From the NCBI RefSeq assembly GCF_030684315.1, contig NC_081354.1, positions 16,610,226 to 16,674,225 on the forward strand: a DNA stretch of 64,000 nt. The letters are read 5' to 3'. This DNA comes from Stegostoma tigrinum (Eukaryota). The notes under the pieces were generated by a model that worked only from the letters and a program-made list of their open reading frames with translations, was not told where the DNA came from and did no database searches. Position numbers and translations under genes: made by a program. This document shows positions 1 to 46,100 of the stretch, one piece after another (the first letter of the stretch is position 1; each line of letters starts with the position of its first letter).

Positions 1-600
1 ACAAAAAATTAAACTAGAAATCAAGTAGGTTAGTACATTATGCTTATGTCTATTCCACAGTTCATTAGCCTGAACTTTGCTGGCATAAGACACCTTAGCA
101 AACAAATTTTAATTTCTTGCCTAGCTTGAACTCTTTCATGACTTCATGCTCCATACTTCTGATTCTCTTTCCAACACAAAGAACTGTGAACATCTTTTAA
201 ATCTCCTCTCAGCCTTCTCTCTTCCAACCTACTTCAGTAACTGAACTTCTTCATTCCTGAAACCATTCTTGTGAATTTTTACTGCAGACTCCCCAAAGCC
301 TTCACATCTTTCCTAAAGAGGGGCATTCTGAAGTGAACAGGTACCTCATTTATGTTTTATACAAGTTCAACATAATTTCCTTGCTCTTGTATTCAATTCT
401 ACCAATAAAGCAGCCTTGGTCTTGATGCTTTATTAACTGTTCTCTCAAGCTGTCCTGCCATCATTCTGCTCCACTGAGACAGACCTTGTGTACATGCCAC
501 TATCTTTGCCCCACCACCGAATTTCACTGTTGACAGCTATGCTTTTACATTTCTAGCTTCAACTCAAATGTAATTGCTAAATTCATCACCGCCTCTTTAT

Positions 601-1083
601 AGACAATAAACAATAGGTGCTGGAGTAAGCCATTCAGCCCTTCGAGCCAGCACCACCATTCATTATGATCATGGCTGATCATCCACAATCAGTATCCTGT
701 TCCTACCTTATCCCCATAACTCTTGATTCCACTATCTTTAAGAGCTCTATCTATCTCTTTCTTGAAACTATCCAGAGACTTGGCTCCACTGCCTTCTGGG
801 GCAGAGCATTCCATATATCCACCACTCTCTGGGTGAAGAAGTTTCTCCTCAACTCTGTTCTAAATGGCCTACCCCTTATTTTTAAAATGTGTCCTCTGGT
901 TCTGGACTCACCTATCAGCGGAAACATGCTTCCTGCCTCCAGAGTGTCCAATCCCTTAATAATCTTATACGCCTCAATCAGATCCCCTCTCATCCTTCTA
1001 AACTCAAGTGTATACAAGCCCAGTCGCTGAAATCTTTCAACATATGATAGTCCAGCCATTCTGGGAATTGACCTCGTGAACCT
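601..1083 (-). mobile_element. CR1 LINE 3' fragment
   Basis: GLSYVER...RRMRGDLIE.YKI...FFTQRVV..WN.LP plus 3' tail. Confidence 0.9.
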
Positions 1084-1491
1084 TTCTCTTCTCTTTTAGT
1101 GGGCTTCTCAAAATTCACCACTCGTTTCTAGTTCAGCATTTACTTTCCACACAGCTATCTGTGAAGAATTTCAGGATGTCAAAAGGCAAAAAGATGCAAC
1201 TTCTGTTCTGGTATCAATCAAATCAAACAATACTGTATGTAACCTCCACTATATTAAAAATCGAAATCTGTGTACATGTTAAAGAAAAGGTAAACATGGA
1301 TGGCAGCCCATCTGAAATATTTAAATTGAGGAAGAAGGAAAATTTGATTCTGAAGCCCAAAACCTCTCAACTGTTGTTGGCTGACTTGAGAGGTTTCTTC
1401 ACTTTTTGCTCAATCCCACCATTTCAGGCATCTACTGCATTCCACTTTGATCCTGAACTGCTTTACCTGCATCAATTTTTTTTTTCATTTA

Positions 1492-35468
<33,977 letters not shown>

Positions 35469-35648
35469 CTCGACAGCCGATTATGGGTTAACGGGAACGG
35501 AGAAAACAAACCGGCTGGATCCGACCAGTTAAAGCGACGGATGAAACCTATACTCGTCCGCCGCCTCGGCACCAAACGGAGCAGTAGTGAGCACTGCGCA
35601 TGCTCCATCTTCTCATCCATTCACTGAGTGGGGGAGAGACAGCGCCAC

Positions 35649-35872
35649 CTCTGGATCAGTCACCCAGTGCAGAGGGCCCTGTCTGTGGGTCATTTCACTA
35701 GTTCAAAGAGCACAGTCTCTGGGTCAATCACCAAGTGCAGAGGGCACTGTCTCTGGGTCAGTCACCCAGTGCAAAGGACATATTATCTGGGTCAACTATC
35801 TAGTGCAGACGACTCTGAACATGGGTCCGTAACCCACTGCAGAGGGTACTGCCTCTGGGTCAATCACTCATA
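35649..35872. repeat. 34-bp minisatellite, about 7 copies
   Basis: Consensus CTCTGGGTCAGTCACCCAGTGCAGAGGGCACTGT; units start at 35649, 35683, 35717, 35751, 35785, 35819 and 35853. Confidence 0.9.
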
Positions 35873-37038
35873 GAGACAGAAAGAGAGAGAGGGTGTTGTT
35901 TCTGGGATATAAATTGAATGCTAGAGATGTGATCCAAATATTATCTTTTATAGGTATTATTGTGGACTCATATATACTTATATCTTGAACAAAGAACACT
36001 TGGATAAGGAAAGGTTCTGTGTACAACAGCAATTATGTTGCACCTACTGGAGCAGAGAGCTTACACATGTCTGGAATTTCAGGGAGAGGTGGCGTGGCCC
36101 AGGTTGTGAGTGGAATCAGACTATTCTGTTTTTGAACTCAGTCAGAAGCAATTTGACCTGTGTGAAGATCAACAGCCTATTGCTCCGTCTTCTTTCTCTG
36201 CATCTCATCTCATCTCAGTGCGTCAGCTGTCAACCTGCCAAAAGTCACCTTTACCACGTTGGTGGATGAGTGGAAAGGATTAGTTGGAATCTACCCGCAC
36301 CATTTGAACAAAGACAATTCAGTCAGTACAACCATTCCAGAAAGACACATCAGTGCCTGCAGGTTGTGTATGTAGAATAACTTTGGAATCAGAAAACCAT
36401 TCGGGACAATTTATGATCTATAATGTCTTAATGAGCTGAACTATTACTTGGAAAAAGCACTTTAAAGTTAACACTGCAGAATGTTTCCTTTTTGTTGCCC
36501 CTCAGACTTGGATGTGTTTATGTGTATGTATTTTTTAACAGGAATATTTGTATCATCTAAAATGCTTGTCAATAGTCTGAAATTTTTTTGTTTGAACATG
36601 TTTAACTTTGGTACTAAAGCAGTTATTTGTTGTTGAGTGGAGAAACCTGGCTGACTTGTTCTTAATACTGAAACATACCTGATACAGTGTGAAACCTTTA
36701 TAGTTGGCCAGATTACCAACCTGGCTAAATTTAAATTTGTTGTGACAGGTGGAGGTATGGGATGAGAAAAGGATACGGTATACTCCAAACCTGATCATAC
36801 AATCTCACAGAAAAAGTGGGTATTCTTTCTGACTATAAATGCACAGAGGGAGTGGGAGGTGTCTGTGGTGTTGCAGATATATAGTTAATGGTTCATATGC
36901 TATCATATAAATTACTAATGATATGAAAGTTTGAAACAGGAAAATGGGATAAATGCAACTGAAGCACTTTGAACTCAAGTACAGTTAAAAGATAGGTATA
37001 CTGTTGCTTTGACAGGTTAACAGCTGGCAATTTGAAAT

Positions 37039-37258
37039 AGATAATAAAATGTGAGTCTGGATGAACACAGCAGGCCAAGCAGCATCTCAGGAGCACAAAA
37101 GCTGACGTTTCGGGCCTAGACCCTTCATCTGATGAAGGGTCTAGGCCCGAAACGTCAGCTTTTGTGCTCCTGAGATGCTGCTTGGCCTGCTGTGTTCATC
37201 CAGCCTCACATTTTATTATCTTGGAATCTCCAGCATCTGCAGTTCCCATTATCTCTGA
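37039..37258. mobile_element. Penelope-like short fold-back insertion (91-bp arms)
   Basis: 3' end of the same family. Centre at 37130; TSD GGCAATTTGAAAT at 37026-37038 and 37259-37271. Confidence 0.9.
37129..37156 (+). ncRNA. Minimal hammerhead ribozyme-like motif
   Basis: Identical 28-nt motif starting at the palindrome centre. Confidence 0.55.
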
Positions 37259-38118
37259 GGCAATTTGAAATGTTGGGCCTTGGTGATTGTCAGAATACTT
37301 AAGGCAAATGTTAGTTTTGAAGATTACCGCTTTTTTCATAAAATCAAAATAGAACAGATACAGCTGAAAAACAATGGATGGGCGTTCTTAACTGGCTGCA
37401 ATGCTTGCAGTAATACTTGTCTAGAGGGAGTTAGAGTTAATTTAACCTAAAAGTAAACAGGAAACGTCAGGTTATGCCAAAATGTAGATGCAGAGAGCTT
37501 AAAAATTCATGTGTGCATTGTTTGCTGATAGATGTGAATTACATTTCGGAACTGGGAGATTGTTAAATCATAAGAAACTTGCAAATTACAAGCAATTATG
37601 GCTTAGGATAAGTCCCAGGGAATTTGGCTCCATATCTTGGAAACATTTGGAGCTAAAAGGAACCACTGTTAACCCAAACAAGTTGGAAGTCAAGGGAAGG
37701 AAGCCCACAAATGAGTGGAGTATTAGATCATAATTTTTATGTAAACTCATGTGTACCTCATGTTTACTTGAATTCTGAAGTCTCAGTTGTATACGATTTA
37801 GGATCAAAATCTAACCTGCTCAATATTACTTTTATTTCACTATATTTTTGATTGTGGACTGCAATGAGTAAAGGACTGTTTTAAAAACCAAGGATTGTAG
37901 AAGGGATTGCTGCACTTTTTAAAGTAAGACACCAACACTTATTTTAAGTTACATTGTTGCTTTGTTTAACCAGTACAGGGAGTTGATTGCAGACACCTGG
38001 TACTATGGACTGTGTATAAGGTGAGATTCAGCTCGCGACAAGTGGCTGATTGGTCTGGTGACCAGTTGTCAATGATAAAGGACATCTGGCCCAGCAGCAT
38101 CTCAGGAGCACAAAAGCT

Positions 38119-38146
38119 GACGTTTCGGGCCTAGACCCTTCATCAG
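38119..38146 (-). ncRNA. Minimal hammerhead ribozyme-like motif
   Basis: Reverse complement of the same motif. Confidence 0.6.
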
Positions 38147-39033
38147 AGAGGGGAATGGGGTGAGGGTTCTGGAATAAATAGGGAGAGAGGGGGAGGTGGA
38201 CCGAAGATGGAGAGAAAAGATAGGTGGAGAGGTAGGGAGGGGATAGGTCAGTCTAGGGAAGACGGACAAGTCAAGGAGGTGGGATGAGGTTAGTAGGTAG
38301 GAGATGGAGGTGCGGCTTGGGGTGGGAAGAAGGGATGGGTGAGAGGAAGAACAGGTTAGGGAGGCAGAGACAGGTTGGACTGGTTTTGGGATGCACAGGG
38401 TGGAGGGGAAGAGCTGGGCTGGTTGTGTGGTGCAGTGGGGGGAGGGGACGAACTGGGCTGGTTTTGGGATGCGGTGGGGGAAGGGGAGATTTTGAAGCTG
38501 GTGAAGTCCACATTGATACCATTGGGCTGCAGGGTTCCCAAGCGGAATATGAGCTGCTGGGTATCAATGTGGAACTTCCACATTGATACCATTGATACCC
38601 AGCAACTCATATTCCGCTTGGGAACCCTGCAGCCCAATGGTATCAATGTGGACTTCACCAGCTTCAAAATCTCCCCTTCCCCCACCGCATCCCAAAACCA
38701 GCCCAGTTCGTCCCCTCCCCCCACTGCACCACACAACCAGCCCAGCTCTTCCCCTCCACCCACTGCAACCCAAAACCAGTCCAACCTGTCTCTGCCTCCC
38801 TAACCTGTTCTTCCTCTCACCCATCCCTTCCTCCCACCCCAAGCCGCACCTCCATCTCCTACCTACTAACCTCATCCCACCTCCTTGACCTGTCCGTCTT
38901 CCCTGGACTGACCTATCCCCTCCCTACCTCCCCACCTATACTCTCCTCTCCACCTATCTTCTTTTCTCTCCATCTTCGGTCCGCCTCCCCCTCTCTCCCT
39001 ATTTATTCCAGAACCCCCACCCCATCCCCCTCT

Positions 39034-39061
39034 CTGATGAAGGGTCTAGGCCCGAAACGTC
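39034..39061 (+). ncRNA. Minimal hammerhead ribozyme-like motif
   Basis: Identical 28-nt motif. Confidence 0.6.
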
Positions 39062-39618
39062 AGCTTTTGTGCTCCTGAGATGCTGCTGGGCCTGCTGTGT
39101 TCATCCAGCCTCACATTTTATTATCTTGGATTCTCCAGCATCTGCAGTTCCCATTATCACTGATAAAGGACATCTGCCTGCCAACAACTATGTAATTGGT
39201 TTGAAGATAGCTTTAGACATCCAGAATGGCTTTATCTGTCTCTCTGCGCAGTAAAAATGAATACAGGTACACCCAAACCTTAAAGAATTTCATTTTATTT
39301 TTTCCTCACCCATTAGTATAAGCTGTGGCTAGTAACCAGTAAGTAAGAGACTTTGCAATTTGTGAATCAGTCACTCTGTGCTTCCTGCAAGAAGGTGAAA
39401 GTGCCTGGAGGGGAGAGAATGGAGAACACTAAGTCCTGACAAGGAAAAGGATCATTTCATGGAACCCTGTGGACAAGAACCAAATACCTGTTTTCTCAGT
39501 TTTTCCCCTCCACCCATGATCCTTTTTGTCCAGCTATATCTGTCTGTATTTGCATGTCAGGGAGTTTTATAAGGGAATCAGAATTTTAACTAAAAAAAAA
39601 TCCCATAAGAGCCAAAAT

Positions 39619-39955
39619 GGGCAGCACAGTGGTTCAGTGGTTAGCCCTGCTGCTTCCCAGTGTCAGGGATCCGGGTTCAATTCCAACCTTGGGTGACTGT
39701 AACAATCCCCCTGATTCTGCGTGGGTTTCCTCCAGATGCTCTGGTTTCCTTCCACAGTTGAAAGATATGTAGGTTAGGTGAATTGGCCATGAGAAATTGA
39801 CTATGGTGTCCAGGGATGTGCAGGTTAGGTGGATTAGCCACGGCAAATGGAGGGTTATTGACATAGAGTGGGGGTGGATCTGGGTGAGATGCTCTTCAGA
39901 CGTTTGGTGTGGAATTGATGGGCTAAATGGCCTGCGTCCACACTGCAGGGATTCT
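39619..39955 (+). mobile_element. tRNA-derived SINE (same broad family as 47740-48064)
   Basis: A box GTGGTTCAGTGG, B box GGTTCAATTCC, body TCTGCGTGGGTTTCCTCC. Confidence 0.8.
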
Positions 39956-39964
39956 GTTTCAATT

Positions 39965-41240
39965 TCTGCTGGAGGTGCTGGAAATCTGAAACAAAAACAA
40001 AAAATTGCTGGTAAATCTCAGCAGGTCTGGCAGCATCTGTGGAGTGAAATCAGAGTTAATGTTTCAGGTTCAGTGGAGGCAAAGGTGCTGTGTGGCTGTG
40101 GGGGTGTGTTGGGAGTGAAGGAGGAGCTGACCAGGGAGTCTTTGAGGGATTAGTCCTTGCAGAAGAAGGGAGAGCAGGGGAATATGTGTCTGGAGGTAGC
40201 ATCCTGCTGGAGGTGGTGGAAATGGTGACTAATGATCCTCTGGATGTGGCTGTTGGTGGGATGATAGGTGAAGACAAAGGGAACGCTATCATTGTTGGGG
40301 GAGGGAGGAAAGGAGCTGAGGGCTGAAATGTGAGAGAAGAGTTGGACCCGGCTGAGGACTGTGTCAACTGTGGTGCTGGGGAATCCACATTTGACAAAGA
40401 AGGTGGCCATTTCGGAGGCCCCATTATTGAAGTTGGCATCATCAGGACAGCTGCAACAAAAATAGAGGTACTGGGAGAATGGAGTAAAGTCTTTACAGGA
40501 AGTAGGTGTGAGGATGTTTCATCAAGGTAACTGTGGAAATCATAGAGCCAAATAGCACAGAAACAGACCCTGCGGTCCAACTAGTCCATTATCCTAAAAC
40601 AGACCAATCACCCCTGCCTCCATTTTGCCCATAACCCTCCAATCCTTTCCTATTCATGTACTTATCTAAATGTTGTAACTGTAGCCGCAACCACCACTTC
40701 CTCTGGAAGTTCATTCCACACATGAACCACTTCCTCTGTAAGGGTTTGGGGTGGATATTGGTGGCCAGTCTATCCCCAGAAATGGGAACAGAGATGTTGA
40801 GGAATGGAGGGAGGAGTCAGAGATAGGCCAGGTGAAGGTGAGACTGGGGTGGAAATTGGAAGCAAAATGGATAAACCTTTCCAATTCCAGACAAGAGAGG
40901 GAAGTGACACCAATTACATCATTGATACACCAGTGAAAAGGTTGTGGGTGGTGGCCGGAGTTGGTTTGGAATAAGCATAGTTCCACGTACCCCACAAAGA
41001 AACAAGCAAAACTGGGTCCCAATCAGGTACCCCTGGCCTGCCCTTTGACCTGAAGAAAATCAGAGGAGTTAAGATGGAAGTCATTCAAGGCGAGGACAAG
41101 CTCAACAATGCTGAGGAGGGTGGCAGTTAATGGGGACAGCTCAGCACTTTCATTCAGGAAGAAGCAGAGAGCCTTGAGACCGTCCTTCTGGGGAATTAGA
41201 CGTGTAAAGGGATTGCATGTCCATGGTAAAATAGTTTTAA
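39965..41240 (-). mobile_element. Older, decayed Penelope-like element (RT and linker fragments), interrupted by a CR1 tail at about 40535-40736
   Basis: Fragments MGPSFACFFVGYVE, a decayed YIDD region (WCINDVIG), F.FASNFHPSL.FTW and VPFVFTYHP...IQRII..HF are homologous to the younger PLE protein. Confidence 0.75.
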
Positions 41241-42787
41241 CTGGTAGTATTATATGTCGTCAGTTCATACTTGTTTATACATCGCTAGAAACTGTTTAGT
41301 TGTAATAATTAGTAATTATTGTTGCATACAGAAACCTGGTCCATGCTTTCTGTTAGCCTGGATCTAAAAGGTAGGTGCATTGTGGAGTTTATACTTTGAT
41401 AAAATTTTTAACTTTTGTGAAGACTCTGAGACTAATGGAGCTTGATTTCCAGCGTGCTACCTTGGTGAGGTGTTACACTATTTAGTCATCAACACTTGTA
41501 TTTGTTTTGTACACGTTTGTTAATAATGATTTTTAGTTTTGAAGTTTCAGTTCCACCCTGAAATCTGTTGTTTATTTCCTTATCCCTGGTTCTTCTGTGG
41601 ATTCTAATATTTTTGTAATATTATCATCCTTTATGACGTTATGGTGTATTAATGGAAAGCCAATTGGATACTTCCATGGTTTCTACCACACAGGTAAAAA
41701 TGGAATCAAGCAACATCCATCCCTCCCTGTGCACAATGGACTAAGGGCATTTAAAGGAGTTCTTGTGTTCTATCCACTCAATGTTTGCAGCCAGACGAAG
41801 GATGAGGAAGAATAGAAATAGAAATAGTCAACAGTGACTTTGATTAGGGCATTTCAGTACTGTTGAAAGAAAAAAAGATTAGAGACTACAGAAATAGAAG
41901 AGTTTTGTGTGGTCATGTGAAGATAACAGATTTAGTGTGAGCAAGGGAGAATTGTTCTGGATGAGAAAGAACAATTTAGAGTATCTGCAAATATGAGAGA
42001 AACAAAGTGAGGGTAGGGATTATTTAGATAACGGTTTGATGTGAATAGAGTCAAGGGTATCATGAAGAAGAGCTTGGAAAGGAGAAAACTAGATAGAGGA
42101 TAATTCAGTTCTGAAACAGAGTCATATCACATTCAGTTATTGGAACTCAACTATTGGAATCCCAGACTTAATGTCAACTATGTACCAAATACAGTGGTTG
42201 TGCATTACAGTTCAGCCTGGCATCTGACTTGCTGTGGCAACATGCACATAGTATGTAACTTTGGATGGTGACGTTGGAGTCTCCAACAATCTGTGCATCC
42301 TGACCAGGAATGTCCCTTACACTTGTTGCATGCCACTAATGTGTGTTGAATGGTTGATACTCAAAATGGCCATGTTAAGAATGTACATTCCTCGGCTATG
42401 AAATGGGTGTGGGACCAGGGACTTCTGTCTCACAGCCACTGTCTCACAAGAATTTCTTTATACCCAGTGCTGGAGCAAACAGAGCCGGGCTGGGTGACCT
42501 GCTGTACTGCAAAAATTCTAATTTCTCCCTCTGTTAGATAATATCTAATAAATCAGTTCAGAGGTGTTACAACACACTTCTGAAGCATGCAACTTTTACC
42601 CAGTACCACTGTCCCCCTTTACCCTGAAACTCACCCACAATGTGTGTCAGGGTAGATGCAGTCTCAAAAGGGCCTGTTGTGTTGCAGTTAGTGTCCCTAC
42701 CTCTGAACCAGGAGGCCCGAAATTCAAGCCTGAGCCACTCCAGAAGTTTGCAACGACCGCTTTGAACAAGATAACTTTCATAACGTA

Positions 42788-42933
42788 TCAGAGATGACGG
42801 GAACTGCAGATGCTGGAGAATTCAAGGTAACAAAGTGTGGAGCTGGATGAACACAGCAGGCCAAGCAGCATCTTGTGCTCCTAAGATGCTGCTTGGCCTG
42901 CTGTGTTCATCCAGCTCCACACTTTGTTACCTT
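42788..42933. mobile_element. Penelope-like short fold-back insertion (51-bp arms, 8-nt loop)
   Basis: Slightly variant 3' end of the family; arms 42824-42874 and 42883-42933; no clear TSD. Confidence 0.85.
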
Positions 42934-42965
42934 TTCGAACGGAATTATTCTGAATAGGGATAATT

Positions 42966-43060
42966 CCAGCCAATCACAGCCTGGGTCGGTCCAGCCAATC
43001 AGAGTCATCACCTGTCCAACCAGTCAAAGCCGTGATCTGTCCAGCCAATCAGAGCCAGGA
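42966..43060 (+). promoter_or_regulatory. Array of CCAAT (NF-Y) boxes upstream of the THAP1-like ATG
   Basis: CCAGCCAATCA at 42966, 42991 and 43041, with a degenerate copy at 43016; exact 25-bp period. Confidence 0.75.
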
Positions 43061-43097
43061 TTGCTGTCAGGTGCATAGCGGGTGAAGGGCTGTGGAA

Positions 43098-43168
43098 ATG
43101 GTGCTTTCCTGTTCGGCTTATGGCTGTAAGAATCGGTATGATAAGGATCGGGGAGTTTCTTTCCATAG
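43098..43168 (+). CDS. THAP1-like exon 1 ([24 protein letters not shown])
   Basis: gaaATGG start and AG|gtacgg donor; compare human [24 protein letters not shown]. Missed by the ORF track. Confidence 0.92.
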
Positions 43169-46100
43169 GTACGGAGAGTCGACTGGCTATGCCTGTGTCT
43201 TTTTTTGTTTGCGAGGTTTCAGCACCACTTTAAAGCGATAAAAGTTCGACGCTAGCCGGCCTGGTTTTAGACGGGGCGCAGTGAAGAGCGGGGGGAAGGA
43301 AGAAGAAAGAAGAGGAGGAGAGTGGTGTACACAGCGAGGGATTTCAAAGGGGTGTGAAGGCAGAGAGATATTGGTTAGCGGTAGGCTGGGGTTGGGGAGA
43401 GTCGGTGAGGAAGGGATTACGAAGATGTTTCCGGACCGTTGATTGAAAAAGAGGAGGTGGTTGAGGTGTTTGGGAGTAGAAGGGGTTTCAGAAGAATGTT
43501 GTTTCAACGGTGTTCTCGAGGAAAGAGATTGCGGAAATACAGACTGTCTGTCACTTGTGAGAGCCGCCTGGTGTTCTAATTTTATGTTCAAGTGTGAAAT
43601 TGAGCTATTGTTTGACTCGTGTGCATCCTTGTTAAGTGCTGGCACTAGACTTCGGTCAGACTCCAGACACCAAAGCACAGACTAATAGTTCACTGCAGAA
43701 CTGAGGATGTGTACGTTATTTGATGGATTGCCTCTTGGATGTGATGTTAAGCACAAGCTGTGTCTTACCTTTTAAGTTGGATGCGAGATCCCAAGGTTAT
43801 GCTGATCTGATCAATATTTTAATCCTTAATCAAGACCCAAAACAAATGATTATCTTAACTTTCGTTTCATTTCTGTTTGGTGACCTTTTGTTGATTGCTT
43901 CATTTGCCACACTACAGTAGTGATTAGATTTTAAAAAGTACTTAACTGGCTGTGAGATAGCAAGGTGTCAAGCTGGATGAGCACAGCAAGTCAAGCAGCA
44001 TCAAAGGAGCAGAAAAACTGACGTTTTCAGCTTTCTGAAGCTCAGACCCGAAAGCTCTATATGCTGTTATCTCAGATTCTCCAACATCGGTAATTCCTAC
44101 TATCTCTTAAAAGGCTCTCAGTTGCTTTTTGATTGTGAAGGAGCAAGTTAAATGCAAACTCTATTGTGCTCTTCTTTCTTTACTTGTTTTTTGAAGAGGT
44201 GAACATGACTCTGGTCTCCATGCCATGAGAAGGAGGAAATAAATAATGGATTAGTTTAGTATCAGAGATAATGGGAACTGCAGATGCTGGAGATTCCAAG
44301 ATAATAAAATGTGAGGCTGGATGAACACAGCAGGCCAAGCAGCATCTCAGGAGCACAAAAGCTGACGTTTCGGGCCTAGACCCTTCATCAGAGAGGGGGA
44401 TGGGGGGAGGGAACTGGAATAAATAGGGAGAGAGGGGGAGGCGGACCGAAGATGGAGAGTAAAGAAGATAGGTGGAGAGGGTGTAGGTGGGGAGGTAGGG
44501 AGGGGATAGGTCAGTCCAGGGAAGACGGACAGGTCAAGGAGGTGGGATGAGGTTAGTAGGTAGCTGGGGGTGCGGCTTGGGGTGGGAGGAAGGGATGGGT
44601 GAGAGGAAGAACCGGTTAGGGAGGCAGAGACAGGTTGGACTGATTTTGGGATGCAGTGGGTGGGGGGGAAGAGCTGGGCTGGTTGTGTGGTGCAGTGGGG
44701 GGAGGGGATGAACTGGGCTGGTTTAGGGATGCAGTAGGGGAAGGGGAGATTTTGAAACTGGTGAAGTCCACATTGATACCATATGGCTGCAGGGTTCCCA
44801 GGCGGAATATGAGTTGCTGTTCCTGCAACCTTCGGGTGGCATCATTGTGGCAGTGCAGGAGGCCCATGATGGACATGTCATCAAGAGAATGGGAGGGGGA
44901 GTGGAAATGGTTTGCGACTGGGAGGTGCAGTTGTTTGTTGCGAACTGAGCGGAGGTGTTCTGCAAAGCGGTCCCCAAGCCTCCGCTTGGTTTCCCCAATG
45001 TAGAGGAAGCCGCACCGGGTACAGTGGATGCAGTATACCACATTGGCAGATGTGCAGGTGAACCTCTGCTTAATGTGGAATGTCATCTTGGGGCCTGGGA
45101 TGGGGGTGAGGGAGGAGGTGTGGGGACAAGTGTAGCATTTCCTGCGGTTGCAGGGGAAGGTGCCGGGTGTGGTGGGGTTGGAGGGCAGTGTGGAGCGAAC
45201 AAGGGAGTCACGGAGAGAGTGGTCTCTCCGGAAAGCAGACAGGGGAGGGGATGGAAAAATGTCTTGGGTGGTGGGGTCGGATTGTAAATGGCGGAAGTGT
45301 CGGAGGATAATGCGTTGTATCCGGAGGTTGGTAGGGTGGTGTGTGAGAACGAGGGGGATACAACTCCCCCTCGTTCTCACACACCACCCTACCAACCTCC
45401 GGATACAACGCATTATCCTCCGACACTTCCGCCATTTACAATCCGACCCCACCACCCAAGACATTTTTCCATCCCCTCCCCTGTCTGCTTTCCGGAGAGA
45501 CCACTCTCTCCGTGACTCCCTTGTTCGCTCCACACTGCCCTCCAACCCCACCACACCCGGCACCTTCCCCTGCAACCGCAGGAAATGCTACACTTGTCCC
45601 CACACCTCCTCCCTCACCCCCATCCCAGGCCCCAAGATGACATTCCACATTAAGCAGAGGTTCACCTGCACATCTGCCAATGTGGTATACTGCATCCACT
45701 GTACCCGGTGCGGCTTCCTCTACATTGGGGAAACCAAGCGGAGGCTTGGGGACCGCTTTGCAGAACACCTCCGCTCAGTTCGCAACAAACAACTGCACCT
45801 CCCAGTCGCAAACCATTTCCACTCCCCCTCCCATTCTCTTGATGACATGTCCATCATGGGCCTCCTGCACTGCCACAATGATGCCACCCGAAGGTTGCAG
45901 GAACAGCAACTCATATTCCGCCTGGGAACCCTGCAGCCATATGGTATCAATGTGGACTTCACCAGTTTCAAAATCTCCCCTTCCCCTACTGCATCCCTAA
46001 ACCAGCCCAGTTCATCCCCTCCCCCCACTGCACCCCACAACCAGCCCAGCTCTTCCCCCACCCACTGCATCCCAAAACCAGTCCAACCTGTCTCTGCCTC

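Larger units (their letters stand above)
38089..39163. mobile_element. Penelope-like fold-back insertion (about 490-bp arms)
   Basis: Same family as 44-46 kb. TSD TAAAGGACATCTG at 38076-38088 and 39164-39176; centre near 38575. Confidence 0.9.

Noticed and set aside
35649-35872. CRISPR-like array
   Set aside because: Contiguous tandem units with no unique spacers, in eukaryotic DNA with no cas genes.
38271-38888. Six overlapping mirrored ORFs
   Set aside because: By-products of the palindromic PLE insertion.
39619-39690. tRNA genes at SINE heads (also near 48000-48064 and 57207-57280)
   Set aside because: The A/B boxes continue into repeated SINE bodies and LINE-like tails, and no complete cloverleaf is evident.
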